A stretch of DNA of 64,000 nt from positions 79,954,566 to 80,018,565 of the forward strand of contig NC_057711.1 of the NCBI RefSeq assembly GCF_004010195.1, read 5' to 3'. The position numbers were made by a program, and so were the translations under genes. The number at the start of each line of letters is the position of its first letter. Within the stretch, counting starts at the first letter, position 1. This stretch comes from Chiloscyllium plagiosum. Its lineage: Eukaryota. The notes below the pieces were generated by a model. The model was not told the origin of the DNA. It was given only the letters and a program-made list of their open reading frames with translations, and searched no databases. This document shows, one piece after another, positions 1 to 13,255 of the stretch.

Positions 1-2340
1 GGCAGGAGCCCTTCATCAGGAATGAGGCTGGAAGTGTCAGGGGTGAAGAGATAAATGGGAGGGGGTGGGGCTGGGGAGAAGGTAGCTGGGAATGCAATAG
101 ATGGATGGAGGAAGGGGTAAAGGTGATAGGTCGGAAAGGAGAGTGGAGTGGATAGGTGGGAACGAGGATTGACAGGGGGGACAGGTCATGAGGATGATGC
201 TGAGCTGGAATTTTGGAACTGGGGTAAGGTGGGGGGGGAGGGAAAATGAGGAAACTGGTGAAGTCCACATTGATGCCCTGGGGTTGAAGGGTTCTGAGGC
301 AGAAGATGAGGCGTTCTCCCTCCAGGCGTCGGGTGGTAAGGGAGTGGTGGTGGAGGAGGCCCAGGACCTGCATATCCTCGGCAGAGTGGGAGGGGGAGTT
401 GAAATGTTCGGCCACGGGGCGGTGGGGTTATTTGGTGCAAGTATCACTGAGGTATTCCCTCAAGCGCTCTGTGAGAAGGCGTCCAGTCTCCCCAATGTAA
501 AGGAGACTGCATCGGGAACAACGGATGCAATAAATGACATTTGTGGAAGTATAGGTGAAACTTTGATGGATGTGGAAGGTTCCTTTGGGGCCTTGGGTGG
601 AGGTGAGCGGGGAGATGTGGGCGCAGGTTTTGCAATTACTGTGGTGGCAGGGAAAGGTGCCAGGAGGGGAAGGTGGGTTGTTGGGGTCGTGGACCTGACC
701 AGGTAGTGATGGAGGGAACGATCTTTGCGGAAAGCGGATAGGAGTGGGGAGGGAAAAATATCCCTGGTGGTGGAATCCGTTCGTAGGTAGTGAAAATGTC
801 GGCGGATAATGCGGTTTATGCAGAGGTTGGTAGGGTGGAAGGTGAGGACTGGTGGGCTCTGTCCTTGTTGTGGTTGGAGGGGTGGAGTTTGAGGGCAGAG
901 GTGCGGAACGTGGATGAGATGCATTGGAGGGCATCTTCAACCACGTGGGAGAGGAAATTATGTTCTTTAAAGAAGGAGGCCATCTGGTGTGTTCTGTGGT
1001 GGAACTGGTCCTCATGGGAGCAGATATGGCAGAGGCGGAGGAATTGGGAATAGGGGATAGCATTTTTACAGGAGGTAGGGTGGGAGGAGGTGTAATCCAG
1101 ATAGCTGTGGGAGGAGGTGGGTTTGTAAAAAAAAATGTCGGTGTTGAGTCGGTTGTCGTTGATGGAGATGGAGAGGTCTAGGAAGGGGAAGGAGGTGTCA
1201 GAGATGGTCATGTGAATTTAAGGTCAGGGTGGAATATGTTGGTGAAACTGATGAACTGCTCAACCTCCTCGTGGCAGCACAAGGTGGCACCGATGTAGTC
1301 ATCAATGTAGCGGAGGAAAAGATGGGGAGTGATGTTGGTGTAACTACGGAAGATGGACTGTTCTACATAGCCAACGAAGAGACAGGCATAGCTGGAGCCC
1401 ATACGGGTGCCCATGGCTAACCCTTTCATCTGGAGGAAGTGGGAGGATTCGAAGGAGAAATTGTTAAAGGTGAGGACCAGTTCAGCCAAACGAATGAGAG
1501 TGTCAGTGGAAGGGTACTGGTGGGACCCGTCGGGAGAGGAAGAAACGGTGGGCTTGGAAGCCCTAGTCATGACAGATGGAGGTGTAGAGGGACTGGATAT
1601 CCAGGGTGAAGATGAGGCATTGGGGGCTGGGGAAATGGAAGTCTTGGAGGAGGTGGAGGGCTTGATGGTGTCCCGAACATATGTGTGGGGTTCTTGGACC
1701 GGGGAACAATAGGACAGTATCGAGGTAGGTGGAGGTGAATTCGGTGGGGCAGGAGCATGCTGAGACAATGGGTCGGCCGGGGTAGTTAGTTTTGTGGATC
1801 TTGGGAAGGAAGTGGAATCGGGCGGTGCAGGGTTCCCGAATTATGAGGTTGGAAGCTCTGGGTGGGAAATCCCCTGAGGTGATGAGGTTGTGTATGGTCT
1901 TGGAGATGATGATTTGGTGATGGGGGTTGAGGTCATGGTTGAGGGGGCGGTAGGAGGAGGTGTCTTCGAGTTGGCGCTTGGCATCAGCAGTCTAGAAGTT
2001 GGTGTACCAAACTACCACTGCACCCCCTTTTTCCTCGGGTTTGATGGTGAGTTCGGGATTGGAGCAGAGGGCTGCATGTTGTGAGGGTGAGAGGTTGGAG
2101 TGGGGGAGGGGGGTAAATAGTTTGAGGCGGTTAATGTCTCGGTGGCAGTTGGAAATGAAGAGATCAAGGGCGGGTAATAGACCAGCACAGGGTGTCCAGG
2201 TGGATGGAGTGTGTTGGAGGCAGGTGAAGGGGTTCTCGGAGGGTCTGTCCACCTCATTCCTGATGAAGGGCTCCTGCCTGAAACGTTGATTTTCCTGTTC
2301 CTCAGATGCTGCCTGTCCTCCTGTGCATTTCCAGCTCTAT
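1..2340 (-). mobile_element. Penelope-like retroelement (PLE), 5'-truncated and frameshifted; RT plus GIY-YIG endonuclease; runs off the left window edge
   Basis: Minus ORF 1208-1768 has RT motifs (FLQMKGLAMGTRMGSSYACLFVG, FLRYIDD). 816-1211 has FLDLSI...KPTSSHSYLDYTSSHP. 428-1063 ends in a GIY-YIG motif (NVIYCIRCSRCSLLYIGETGRLLTERLREY). 1-27 is the exact reverse complement of 2252-2278 (inverted terminal repeat). Confidence 0.93.
2252..2292 (+). ncRNA. Minimal hammerhead-ribozyme-like motif in the inverted PLE terminal repeat
   Basis: CTGATGA at 2260-2266, stem II GGGC-tcct-GCCT at 2268-2279, GAAA at 2280-2283, then ACGT palindrome and GTT triplet. Stem I pairing is weak. Confidence 0.65.
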
Positions 2341-2344
2341 ACAA

Positions 2345-2760
2345 CCCCTCCAGCCTGCTGCACTGTTTGATAAGATCAGAGCAAAACTTCTATTTTAACT
2401 CTACCTACTCATATATTCAAATATCCTTTGCTTCCCTTTGTAGCCAATGAACTAGTTATATCCATATTGAATAATCTCAACTCTTCAGCATTCCTGCACA
2501 GTACCTTCAGCACTGGGATAGGAAATTCTGGTCATTATTTTGAAAATTCTCTTCATCTCAAGCTTAAATTTCCTAATTCTGATACTATAATGCCTTGTAA
2601 TAGATCCCCCCTCATCTTTCTGAGCTCCGTGTACTAGATTCGCCTGTCATGTCCCTTTTATCATTTTAATGAGATCATTAGTCAATTCTCCAAACCTGAG
2701 AAATATTAGCATTGTCTATTCAATATCTCAGTCGCAAGTGCAGGCCCTACACCGGGATGA
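2345..2760 (-). mobile_element. Old degenerate CR1 LINE 3' fragment
   Basis: Resembles the reverse complement of CR1 3' ends elsewhere in the window (ccctccagcctgctgcactgtttgataagatc...). Confidence 0.5.
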
Positions 2761-3399
2761 CTGATAGTACTATCACTACAAACACCTTTTCAGACTGCCC
2801 AAAGAATCAGCATGAAAGAAAAATGGAGGAGAAGGATAGTCCCAAGTATCCCAAACAACAACTACATCTTCACAAGCAACCAATGTGGGAGAATCTGCAG
2901 GTTATAGCTAGACCTGATTAACCATTAACAGGCCTGCAATTGATGCATATAACCTTCCAAAATCTTTGTGTATGAAGACATGCCAAGAGCAAAACCTTTA
3001 CTGAGCATGAGTGAAAGGGCACTGTCTTAGTGATGTCAGATCACTTAGAATCTGGAGCCTGGACCTGTACAGCTTCAAATAGGATGTCCTCACTTATCTT
3101 CTGTATATATTTATGTTCATATACCTGTTGCTGATTGTTCACAAGAGTGTACATCTCTTACAACTACTGCACCTGCTCTTAATGTTGTTGGTGACCATGC
3201 TCCTAACCTCAGCTCCAAACTGAAACAGCCTTAGTTTTACTCTTGGCAATCTGTTGTAAAGCAGATGCAAGTTGATAATCAGATGCACAGACTTTGCCAT
3301 TCAGGCGTGCGTCTATTTTATTGTGTTTTCTGCAACCTTGGAAAGCTGTACAAGAAGTGTTCCTTTAAAAACTCTGTGAAAAATCTCAGGTTCAGAGAC

Positions 3400-3610
3400 T
3401 ATAGAATCATAGAGGTGTACAGCATGGAAACAGACCCTTCGGTCCAACTTGTTCATAATGATCAGATATCCTAGTCTAATCTAGTCCCATTTGCAGCACT
3501 TGGCATACATCCCTCTAAACCCTTCCTACTCATATACCCATCCAGATGCCTTTTAAATGCTGTATTTGTACCAGCCTCCACCACTTCTTCTGGTAGCACA
3601 ATCCATACCT
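3400..3610 (-). mobile_element. HER1/CR1 LINE 3' end
   Basis: tagaatcatagaggtgtacagcatggaaacagacccttcggtcc... is the reverse complement of the HER1-type tail at about 40060-40240. Confidence 0.85.
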
Positions 3611-3704
3611 ATTTAAATATTATAGGTCTAGACTCTACTGTCCAGAATAGATTACACAGGTATATCATTATTAACTGTTGAAATATTAAAAACAGACTCT
3701 GAGG

Positions 3705-6700
3705 CTGTGCCCTCTAGTTCTCATCTCTCCTACCAGTGGAAACATCTTCCCCACGTCCACTATTTTCAGGCTTCTCTCTATTCGGTAAGTTTCAACCAGA
3801 TACCCCCTCATCTTTCTAAACTCTACATGTACAGACCCAGAGTCCTCAGTCACTCCTTATTTGACAAGCCCTTTATTCCAAGAATCATTCTTATAAACCT
3901 CCTCTGGATCCCCTCCAATACAGCATGTCATAGGTGCCCAAAACTGTTCACAATATTCCAAATGCCAGAGACTTACACAGCCTCAACAGTACATTTCTAC
4001 TCTTAAATTATAGCCCTCTTGAAATGAAGGCAAACCTTACATTTGCCTTCCTAACTGCCACTGATCCTACATGTGAACCTGAAGAGAATCCTGAACATTA
4101 CTCTCAAGTACCTTGATGCTTCAGATTTCCAGTCTTTCCCTATTTAGAAAATAGTGTATGCTTCTATTCTTCCTACCAAAGTGCATAACTTCACAGTTTT
4201 CCACATTATTTTCCATTTGCCAATCAATTGCTCACTCTCCTAGCCTGTTCACATTCTTCTGCAGCTTTCCTGTTTCCTTAACACTATATGTCCCTTTCCC
4301 TATCTTTGTGTCATCTGCAAACTTTGCAACAATGTCCTCAGTTCCATCATCCAGATCGTTCATGTATAATGTGAATAGTTGTTGTCCTGACACTGACCCC
4401 TGTGGAACCCACTAGTCACCAGCTGCCATCTTGAGAAAGACCTTTTTATCCCTATCCTCTGCCTTCTGCCAGTCAGCCAATTCTCTCCCCATGCCAGTAC
4501 CTAGACCTTACAGTTTCTAATCATATTTAATAGCCTCCTACACAGGCATCTCGTCAAAGGCCTGCTGGAAATCCAAATAGATCACATCCACTGGATCTCC
4601 TTTGACTAACCTGCTTGGTACCTCTTCAAAGAATTTTAACAGGTTTGCCAGGCATGTCCTCCCCTGATGAAGCCATGCTGACTCAGTCCAATTTTACCAT
4701 GCACCTCCAATTACTCTGCAATCTCATCATTAATAATGGACTCTAAAATTTTAGGAACAACTAAGGTTGGGCTAACCTCTTTAGTTTCCTGTCTTCTGTC
4801 TCTTTCCCTTTTTAAACAGGGGTTATGTTAGCCATTTTCCAGTTCTCCGGGACCCTCCCTGACTCCAGTGATTCCTGAAAGATCACCACCAATGCCTCTG
4901 CAATCTCCTCAGCTGTCTCTTTCAGAACTCCTGAGTGTAGTCCATTTGGTCCAGATGACTTATACACCTTTAGACTTTTGAGCTTCCCCAGCACCTTCTC
5001 CTTACTGGTGACTACTACACTCACCTTTGACCCCTGACTCTCTTGAAGTCCTGATATGCTGCTGGTGTTTTTCACTGCGAAAATGGATGCAAAATACGTA
5101 TTCAATTTCTCTGCCATTTCTTTGTTCCTCATTACTACTTCTCCAGCCTTCATCTTCCAGCAGTCCAATGTTTACTTTTGCCTCTCTTTTATATATCAAA
5201 AAAACCCTTGCAATCTTCTTTTATATACTAGCTAGCTTACTTTCACACTTCATCTTCTCTCCCCTTACTGTTTTTTTTTAGTTATTGTCTGCTGGTTTTT
5301 AAAGGCTTCCCGATTCTCTAGTTTCCCATTAATCTTCACCACATTGAATGCTTTTTCTTTTGCTTTTATGTTGTCCTGACTTCCATTGTCAGTCATGGTT
5401 GCCTTGCCCACCTCTTAGTAAATTTCTTCTTCCTCAGATGAATTTCTGATGTGTCTCTGAATTACCCCCAGAAACTCCTGTCATTGTTGCTCCACCAACT
5501 TCCCTGCTAGGCTGGCCTTCCTATCAACTCTGGTCAGCTCCCCCGTCATGTCTTTGTTGACTCAATTGTAATGTCATTACATCTGATTCCAGCTACTCCC
5601 TCTCAAACTGAATTCTATCATATTGTGGTCACTGCTTCCGAAGGAGTTCCTTCACTTTAAGTTCCCTAATTAAGTGTACCTCATTACACATCACCAAACC
5701 TAGAATTGCCTGTTCCCTAATGGGTTCTATCACAAGCTGCTCCAAAAAAAATATTTTGTACACACTCTAAAATCCCTTTTCTTGGGATCTACTACCAACC
5801 TGATTTTGCCAATCCACCTGCATACTAAAGTCCACCATGATTAATGTAAAAGTAACTTTCTTATGTGCCTTTTTTCTCTCCTGATTAATTTCCTCCCCAC
5901 ATTCTGACTACTGCTTGGAGGCCTGTACCTAAGTCCCCTCAGGGTCTTTTTTCCATTATGGTTCCTCAACTCTACCCACACAGATTCCAAGCCTTCTGAC
6001 TCTAAATCACTTCATGCTATTGATCTCATTTCATTTCTTACTAACAAGGCAACCCCACCTCCTCTGCACATCTACCTGTCATGTTGATAAAATGTGCATC
6101 CTTGAATATTTAGTTCCCAGCCCTGAACCTCTTCCAGCCACGTCTCTGGAATACCCACAACAATCGTACAGGTCATTCTGCTATAACGCACATTTCATTA
6201 AAGTGAATTTGCTGTAACATGATTGACAAATTGGGAACATTGTTTCTAAAATGTGAACTTTTAAAATGTATGTTGGCTGTAGTGCAATTACATCACCAAT
6301 ACTTTAAGCGCTGTTTCTAAAGCGCAACTTTTCCATAATATGGGGTTGCACAAGAACGCGACCATTGCATTATCGAAGAACCACCTGTACTTGTCAATTT
6401 CACTCTGCACTACATACTCATGTACCTTGTTTCATATACAGAACGCATGTAAGTACAACACCCTCAGTCCTGCATTGACTGACCCCTTCTTATGGTTGTT
6501 CCCTCATTTGCTGAGGCTGAATTGAGATTCCTGACACTTTCCATACTGTCTGTCCTCTTACTTGCTCTGGAAACTGGCATAAATACTGCTGAACCCTCCC
6601 ATGAACTTAAACCTGTTTCTCCCACATCAGTCTTTGAGGCATACATTTACTTCTTTTGTCTTGTTAATCCTGTGCCAGTTTGCGCAAGACTCAGGTAGTA

Positions 6701-6940
6701 ATCCAGAAATTATCATTTTTTTGGTTCTGCTTTTTAATTTAGCCCCTCATTGCTCATATTTCCTCAGCAGAACCTTTTTCCTCTTTCTATCTATTTCATT
6801 GGCACCTATGTGGATCACAACAGGACCTTTGCCCTCCTACTTCAAGTTCCTCTGCAGCCCAGATGAGATATCCTGAACCCGGGCATCACGTAGGCAACAC
6901 AGCCTTTTGGACTCTTGACTCAGGCAAAGAGAACAGTGTT
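3705..6940 (-). mobile_element. Decayed CR1 LINE with ORF1 (esterase-like), endonuclease and RT remnants; internally deleted; interrupted by a MITE
   Basis: ORF 4812-5168 (KSSGPNGLHSGVLKE...VPENWKMANITP) is CR1 ORF2. About 6700-6900 on minus reads PVVIHIGANEIDRK (CR1 ORF1-like). Homologous to 62790-64000. Confidence 0.88.
6169..6387. mobile_element. 219-bp Tc1/mariner-pogo-type MITE nested in the CR1
   Basis: TA duplication at 6167-6168 and 6388-6389. Imperfect 22-bp TIRs (caggtcattctgctataacgca / tgcattatcgaagaaccacctg, 17/22 matching). CR1 sequence resumes on both sides. Confidence 0.85.
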
Positions 6941-9511
6941 TATACCATTTCCAATTATCACCTAGCCCTGCATCTCCATTTAATTTACTCAGTTCTTAAT
7001 TTGATTTTTAACCCGTTGATTCTCTTCTACCCAACATAGGTTAGAATCCTATGTCTCCACAAACCCCAATTATTGCAAATGTAAAGTGAATTACAATAGG
7101 TTGTCTTCATCTTTAGAATTGTATACCTGTGTTTTCCACAGTTACACTAACCGATTTGAGGTGGGGAAAGGTCTACTACCCAATTCCAGTTGTTATAAAT
7201 TGGTATAAATATTCCATTGTCCAATGGCAGGGATCTCAGGCACATGCTGCATTTAATTAAAGGCCGGACTGGGGAAACTGTTAATTGCTTAACCTCTCTC
7301 TGATTGATACTGATAATGGTGGTAGGGCAGGAGCAACTTCGAGGAAAGACCCCAGTCGGCAAAAATTTTACATGCTTTTCAGATCCAGCCCTGTAATCTA
7401 CCATGGTCAATATTGTGGCTTTAGCAGTCTACACAAAAACATTTCATATGTTCACACTGACATGTCAGTAATCTGTCTCTTTACCAATGCTGACCTATTA
7501 ACCTGCAAAGTATCTTTGACATGGTGGTATCTGTGACCACAAGGAAGACATACCCATAACTCGTTCATGCTCTCAGTTGTCCTGTGGCTCCATCGGTTGA
7601 ACGTAGTTTTACTGATATCCACCTCACAGTTCAGCTTTATCCTCCCAGATGAGATATATCTTTAATCTTTAATACTTGGGACAGATTCCCATATTTCTGT
7701 CTCGGATTAAGTGCACTAAGTTATGACCTACCTGTCAGGTCTATGCTGCTGGTATAGATTTTATTGTTACACGTTTACTTGCCACTTGTATTGATGAGCC
7801 CTGTAAGTGGTGATGTTTGGACAGGGCCAGTGATTGGCTTCTACTCTGTTTCCTGTCTGAAAAGCTGATGCAATTCCAGTGAAAAATCAGAGGCATCATA
7901 GATGTCAACAAGACTGATTTATCCATATAAAGCTATTAGCATAGAGAAAACCTCCTAACACACTTCTTGAAGCAGAGAGACAACACAAATGTTCTGTTTA
8001 TTTTTAATTCTGGGTTCCAGCATTTGCATTTTTCTCCCAACATTGATGTACAAAAACAAAGTCTGTTTACTGACAGTGTTTGAAATGAAATTGAACTTGA
8101 TAATACAAGAGAACAAAATGCCGGATTTTAAAAGAATTTACCTCTAATGTTTAAGCATGACTTAGCCCACGTCACATCTTCATGCACCAAAGCTCATGTT
8201 TTGATAAATTGCATATTTGCTAACCAAATTAATGAGTGATTTGTAAAGAGCTAATCATGAACATTAACCTAGTTCACTAACAGAATGTAAACACTGTGCT
8301 GATCTATATTCCAAAGCAAATGAATGGGCAGCCTGTTCCCTTCCAGTGCTTTCATTGAAAAAGAGCAGGTGGATGGTGATATAAATACTTCTATTTTTTT
8401 GGCAAGGGGTCTCAATAAGATAATTGGACCTCGACCAAAGTAATTTCGAGCTAAATCCAATAGAGACATTCAGGCAATTCAGCTACTTGAAAATCTATGT
8501 AAATGAGCCAATCATTAGGTGCCATTGCTGCCTCTAACATTTAGTAACTGATAATTGCTGTAAGTAGGACCATTGAGTATTGCAAATAGTATCCACAAAA
8601 TTTTAATTAGTACCCTGGGGACCAGAAGGTTTTGCAGAGGTTCCTTTGAGATGCACTCCCAATCACTGCCTACTAACTCAGTAATTTTATATCAGCTTGC
8701 CTGTCAGAGCGCATCAGTGTCATTACACCACTTATCCCAAAACGCACCTGCCTCTCCAACAGAATAAGATGCATTATCTAACAATTTGTTCTGTTCGTTT
8801 GAGCAGTGCCTACTCCAGTGTGCGGGGCAAGTAGCTCCACAGCAGGAGAGCACTAAGAAGCCAAGAAATTAACCCCAGCAGGACTGCAGGGCATAATGCG
8901 TTTGGTTGTAACCAATGTGACTATTTCTAAGCAGTCTTTTTCCTGTTCTCCTTGACAGGCTAAAAGTTTGAACCTTGGCTTTCTCTGCAACTACATACAA
9001 TGTCAGTGACTGGTGTATGTTTGCCTTCTGCAGGATGTTTTATCTAATGTGATCATTCTTTCATAACAGAAGAAACTAGGCACAGATACTGATGTGTTCA
9101 ACACATGTTTATTATTCCAGTTATATGCATTCTTCAGGAATATTATTGTATGGGCTATCATTAAACTATTAGGTTACAACAGATGAGCATGCTTTTGGTA
9201 ACATGTCAAACGTTAAGTGAACCTGAGTTAGGACAGGGTATGAGGGGCCTTTATTCCCACATCCTGTTACAGGATAATATCATGATCATGATACTTAAAG
9301 GTATACTGACAAATGGACCATGAGATATAACATAACAGTAACCAATCAATAATAAATTACACTTACAGCAGAATAGAAGACAACATTACCCCTCCCACAT
9401 GGGATACTGGGCTGCTGGTGAGATTATTAGTTGAATTAAATTAGAGGGTTGAGTTATTTAGTGGTTTTTGGAAGAGAGGAAACTTGGGGAGGTCTATTAT
9501 TTCTTAAAGCC

Positions 9512-9632
9512 AGGGTCTCATGTGGTGCCGTGGTGGTGCTCCTACCTCTGACCCAGGAGGCTCAGGTTCAAGTTCCACCTACTCCAGAGGCGTGTAATAT
9601 CTCTAAGCGGATTAATTGGAAAGTATCTATTT
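9512..9632 (+). mobile_element. Short (~120 bp) tRNA-derived SINE
   Basis: A-box-like tggtgccgtgg and B-box-like ggttcaagttcc. Similar copies at about 17085-17200 (+) and 57870-57960 (-). Confidence 0.7.
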
Positions 9633-11371
9633 CTTAAAACCAAACTGTTCTTTTGGATAAAGAGTTGCACCATTAATGCTTTTCAGATGAGGAGGGCATA
9701 ATGTGGATGGTGAAGTTACTTTGACTTTCAGGTGCTACCATGGAGCTGACTTACTGAAAATCAGGGCCAGATAGAAGGTCAATATTTTCCTTAGACAGAA
9801 GACCAGTGCTATATTAAAAAATATCAATAATAATGGAGAGGGTAGTGCCAGTTGCATTATTTCAACATCCTAATTGTAGAGCTGTGGAAACTTTTAATGG
9901 TCATATCAGAATCACTAAGGTAAGAGTCTTTGTAACATCCCTTATTCCAAGTAAAACCATTCAACACCACATCTTTCCCTTATCTCCATCAGACTATTTC
10001 CAATTCTCTGCTCAAACTTCTCCTGAAAAGAAGAATTGAATGTACTTTCTTCTGCTTCACTATATTCACCACTGTTACTAACTTCAGAACTTGAACAACA
10101 CTGCCATAGTTTGGTTGAATTTGAATATATTATTGCAGTTCTGTTAAGCATGTTGACATGTTAAGCTCCATAGACTTGATGAGCAGAACTTGAATGATGT
10201 GGATAAAGGCAAGACAAGTGAGAAAATATGATGAGAATGAAAAAAATTAGATTCTCAACTTTGACAGGAATGTCCAATTTCTGCACCAGGTTATAATGGC
10301 TAGATGACAATCTTGCCAGTGAACAGAAAGGGACCTATTTGGATACATTAATATTTCAACATTGGGTAATCTTACCTCATTTATATGCAGGTTGTTACAT
10401 TCACAGGTAGTGGTGAGAAACTAGCCAGTGACAATTCTCTATGTGGAAGTCTGAGCAGGTACCTGATGGCTACAGCTCACTGGTATCCTCTTCAGACCTC
10501 CATCTTGGCCAGCATTCCTTAACTTCTCAAGACGTTTTTCATAGGCAGTAATGGCTTGTATTTTCCATTGATATAGATTATCAATAGCAAAACACCAGTC
10601 TCACCAGATCATCAAAGCACACCTCACTTATAATATTTACTTATAATACAGTTCAACACTTCAGTACTGCACTTTCGTTCTGACTGACCTCTTGCATCAT
10701 GATGCTGCTGCAAGGATGCTTTGGATGCAGGAATATAGATCCATTTCATGCATTAGAAGGCTTTGACTCATTTCCTGTGTGCTCACTGACCTTGTGCCTA
10801 TTTGGATGTTCACAGCATCCCTGCCTTGCCTTACCTTTCTGCACGTTGCCACTTCATTCAGAATTTACAGGCTCACAGTACTTCAGTCTTGCATTTCCTT
10901 TTAGAGCAGGCAGGAAGCCAGGCAGCTTGTTCATAATCATCAGTAATGAACAGTTGAGGTGTGGATATAATGTTTTCTGGCACTATGCTATATCAGTGTC
11001 ACACCCTACACCATGTGCAAGAAGCCTACGTGGCAAACACACTACATTTGTTTCAACCAAATGGCCCAAATATGCTGACAGTGTCCTGCCCAGATCAACG
11101 GTCACCTTTACTGGCTTGAACTTCCAAAGGATTGTGGGTTGCAGGCAGAATGGGAAAGGCAATGCCCTGAGAGGAGACTTCTTGAAGCTTTTTTTTTCCT
11201 TAAGCTGGGTACTTGATGGCATCATCCTTGACTCCTTGAGAAGAGGAGTCACCTGGAGTGAAGTCAAGGCCATTTTTTTCCTTTCTTTTCTCCCTTTTGA
11301 TTTATTTAGTGCTGAGCAACTTTGACTACAGCGATGGAGGGCTATAGTGGATTGTAGCACTGTACTTTGTA

Positions 11372-11680
11372 AGGAAAAACTCGACAAGCTAGGCCTGTAT
11401 CCTCTGTGGTTTGGAAGCTTGGACATGAATTAATTGAAACACATAAGGTCTTGAGGAGACTTGACCAGATGGATCGTGAAAGCATGTATCCTCTTATCAG
11501 AAAGTCTAGAACTAGGAGTCATAGTTTAAAAATCAGGCATTTCCTATTTAAAGCAGAGAACATTTTTCCTCTCAAAGTTGTGAGTCTTTGGAATTACCTT
11601 GCTCAAATGGCAGTCGATGCAGAATCTTTAAATATTTTTAAGACAGCGGTTGATAGATTCTCAGTGACCAAGGAGGTGGA
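11372..11680 (+). mobile_element. CR1 LINE 3' fragment
   Basis: LIETHKVLRRLD...SRTRSHSLKI...KVVSLWNYL is the CR1 ORF2 C-terminus. Confidence 0.85.
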
Positions 11681-12479
11681 AGAGGTTCGAACAAGGGCAT
11701 GCATCTCTGGTGGCTGCTGGATATTCTGCTGGTCCTGGCTCTCCTTGGCATCCTTCAACCTGCCCAGCAAAACAGCCAGATGCACATCAGATGCATGCTG
11801 ATTCACACTGAGACAACCCAGTTCTGATAGCATTGGTGGACTCCTTCAACCATTTTTCCAAGTATCTAATGAAACAACCTCCTACTCCTCTGTCTGTTAT
11901 GTATTGGCATAAAGACTGAACACCATGGGGTCCTTTTTGCTTGGGCCTGGCCAAGTGCCTGCCTGCCCTGAGTGATTGCGACCTGAGAAATTTCTTTCTG
12001 GCTATCTGCAGAGCTGCGCCATTAATGTGCTCACCAGAATGTCCTCCTGACCTTAACCTATTTAAGGTATTTTCCAAGGTGTTGGTATTTGAATTGATGG
12101 AGGGTGTAGGAGAAATATTTGCGAATGCTTTCTTTGAGGGGTCTGTGGCTTTTTCATCCAAGGTAGAAGATGTGTTCGTGACTGAGGGCCTAGTTCCTTG
12201 GAGGCTGCTTGTCCCAGCAGAAGTGAAGAGATGGAATGAGTTTTGTGATTGGTGTGGTAGTTTCAGGATGTTAGGAATACATTCACAGTGACAAGGCGAG
12301 TAGCACAGCACAGCACAGCTCAATGAATCCTTATTGTTTGCTGGGATAAGGAGCTATCATCACATGAAATAATTCTCTCCTTGTGGGGGTAGTAAGACAT
12401 ATGTCAGACACCCACCACCAATATTGGCTCTTTCAGTCCAATTGTGAGCCATTTTTTCCTGCAATGGGATGAAAGCAGT

Positions 12480-12782
12480 GGGCGGCATGGTGGCACAGTG
12501 GTTAACACTGCTGCCTCACAGCACCAGAGACCCGAGTTCAATTCCCACCTCAGGCAACTGACTGTGTGGAGTTTGCACCTTCTCCCCATGTCTGCGTGGG
12601 TTTCCTGGGTGCTCTGGTTTCCTCTCACAGCCTAAAGATGTACAGGTCAGATGAATTAGCCATGCTAAATTGCCCGTAGTGTTAAGTGAAGGGGTAAATG
12701 TAGGGGTATGGGTGGGTTGCACTTCGGCGGGTCGGTGTGGACTTGTTGGGCCGAAGGGCCTGTTTCCACACTGTAAGTAATT
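12480..12782 (+). mobile_element. HE1-type V-SINE, full length
   Basis: tRNA head (ggtggcacagtggttaacac, gagttcaattccc), V-domain (tgtggagtttgcac..ttctcccc..tctgcgtgggtttcc) and HER1-like tail. Possible TSD aaagcag. Confidence 0.92.
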
Positions 12783-13014
12783 TTTAAAAAAAGCAGGGAT
12801 TGAGTGAGATGAAAGTGGCTGTCACAGGTGTTAGCGCTGCTGGGTGAAAGGTGGTGAGGTCTCTGAGTGAGTAAGTTGGAAGCAGACAGCAGGAAGTGTT
12901 GGCAGTGTGGCAGATGGAGTGACTGTCATTGAGGAGGGTGCTGCCTGCCTTCTTGGGGAGGTGTTAGCCTGTAAATCCAGAGACCCAGCTAAGGTTCTAG
13001 GAATCCTGTCATGC

Positions 13015-13255
13015 CAGAGACTGGAATGTGATTTCAATAAAAATGAGTCTGAAATTTAAAGCCTAATGATGACCACGAGATTGTTGTTGATTGTTGGAAA
13101 ACCCCATCTGGTTCTTTAATGGCCTTTAGGGAAGGAAACTGCCATCCTCACCTAGTCTGGCCTACATGTGACTCCAGACCTAGAGAAATATGATTGACTC
13201 TTAATTGCCCTCTGGTGATAAATGCTGACCTCACCAGCATAGCCTAAATTCCTTA
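13015..13255 (+). mobile_element. SINE body/tail fragment of a second family
   Basis: ccccatctggttc...agggaaggaaactgccatcctcacctagtctggcctacatgtgactccagacc...ataaatgctg. The tail resembles the LINE tail at 32260-32310. Related copy at about 46240-46480. Confidence 0.65.

Larger units (their letters stand above)
10690..12960 (-). mobile_element. Old Harbinger-related DNA transposon remnant interrupted by CR1 and HE1 insertions
   Basis: 10700-10890 is an inverted homolog of 24270-24550 (ALPFC...GSQYF in both ORF translations). Extent beyond that segment is inferred from composition. Confidence 0.5.

Noticed and set aside
37..2344. Many overlapping Pro/Ser-rich or Gly/Val-rich ORFs
   Set aside because: Alternative frames and antisense of the compositionally skewed Penelope element.
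10699..12323. Long ORFs of 208, 147 and 178 aa as a host gene
   Set aside because: No recognisable domain or splice structure. They overlap a repeat with a second copy at 24.3 kb and a CR1 fragment.
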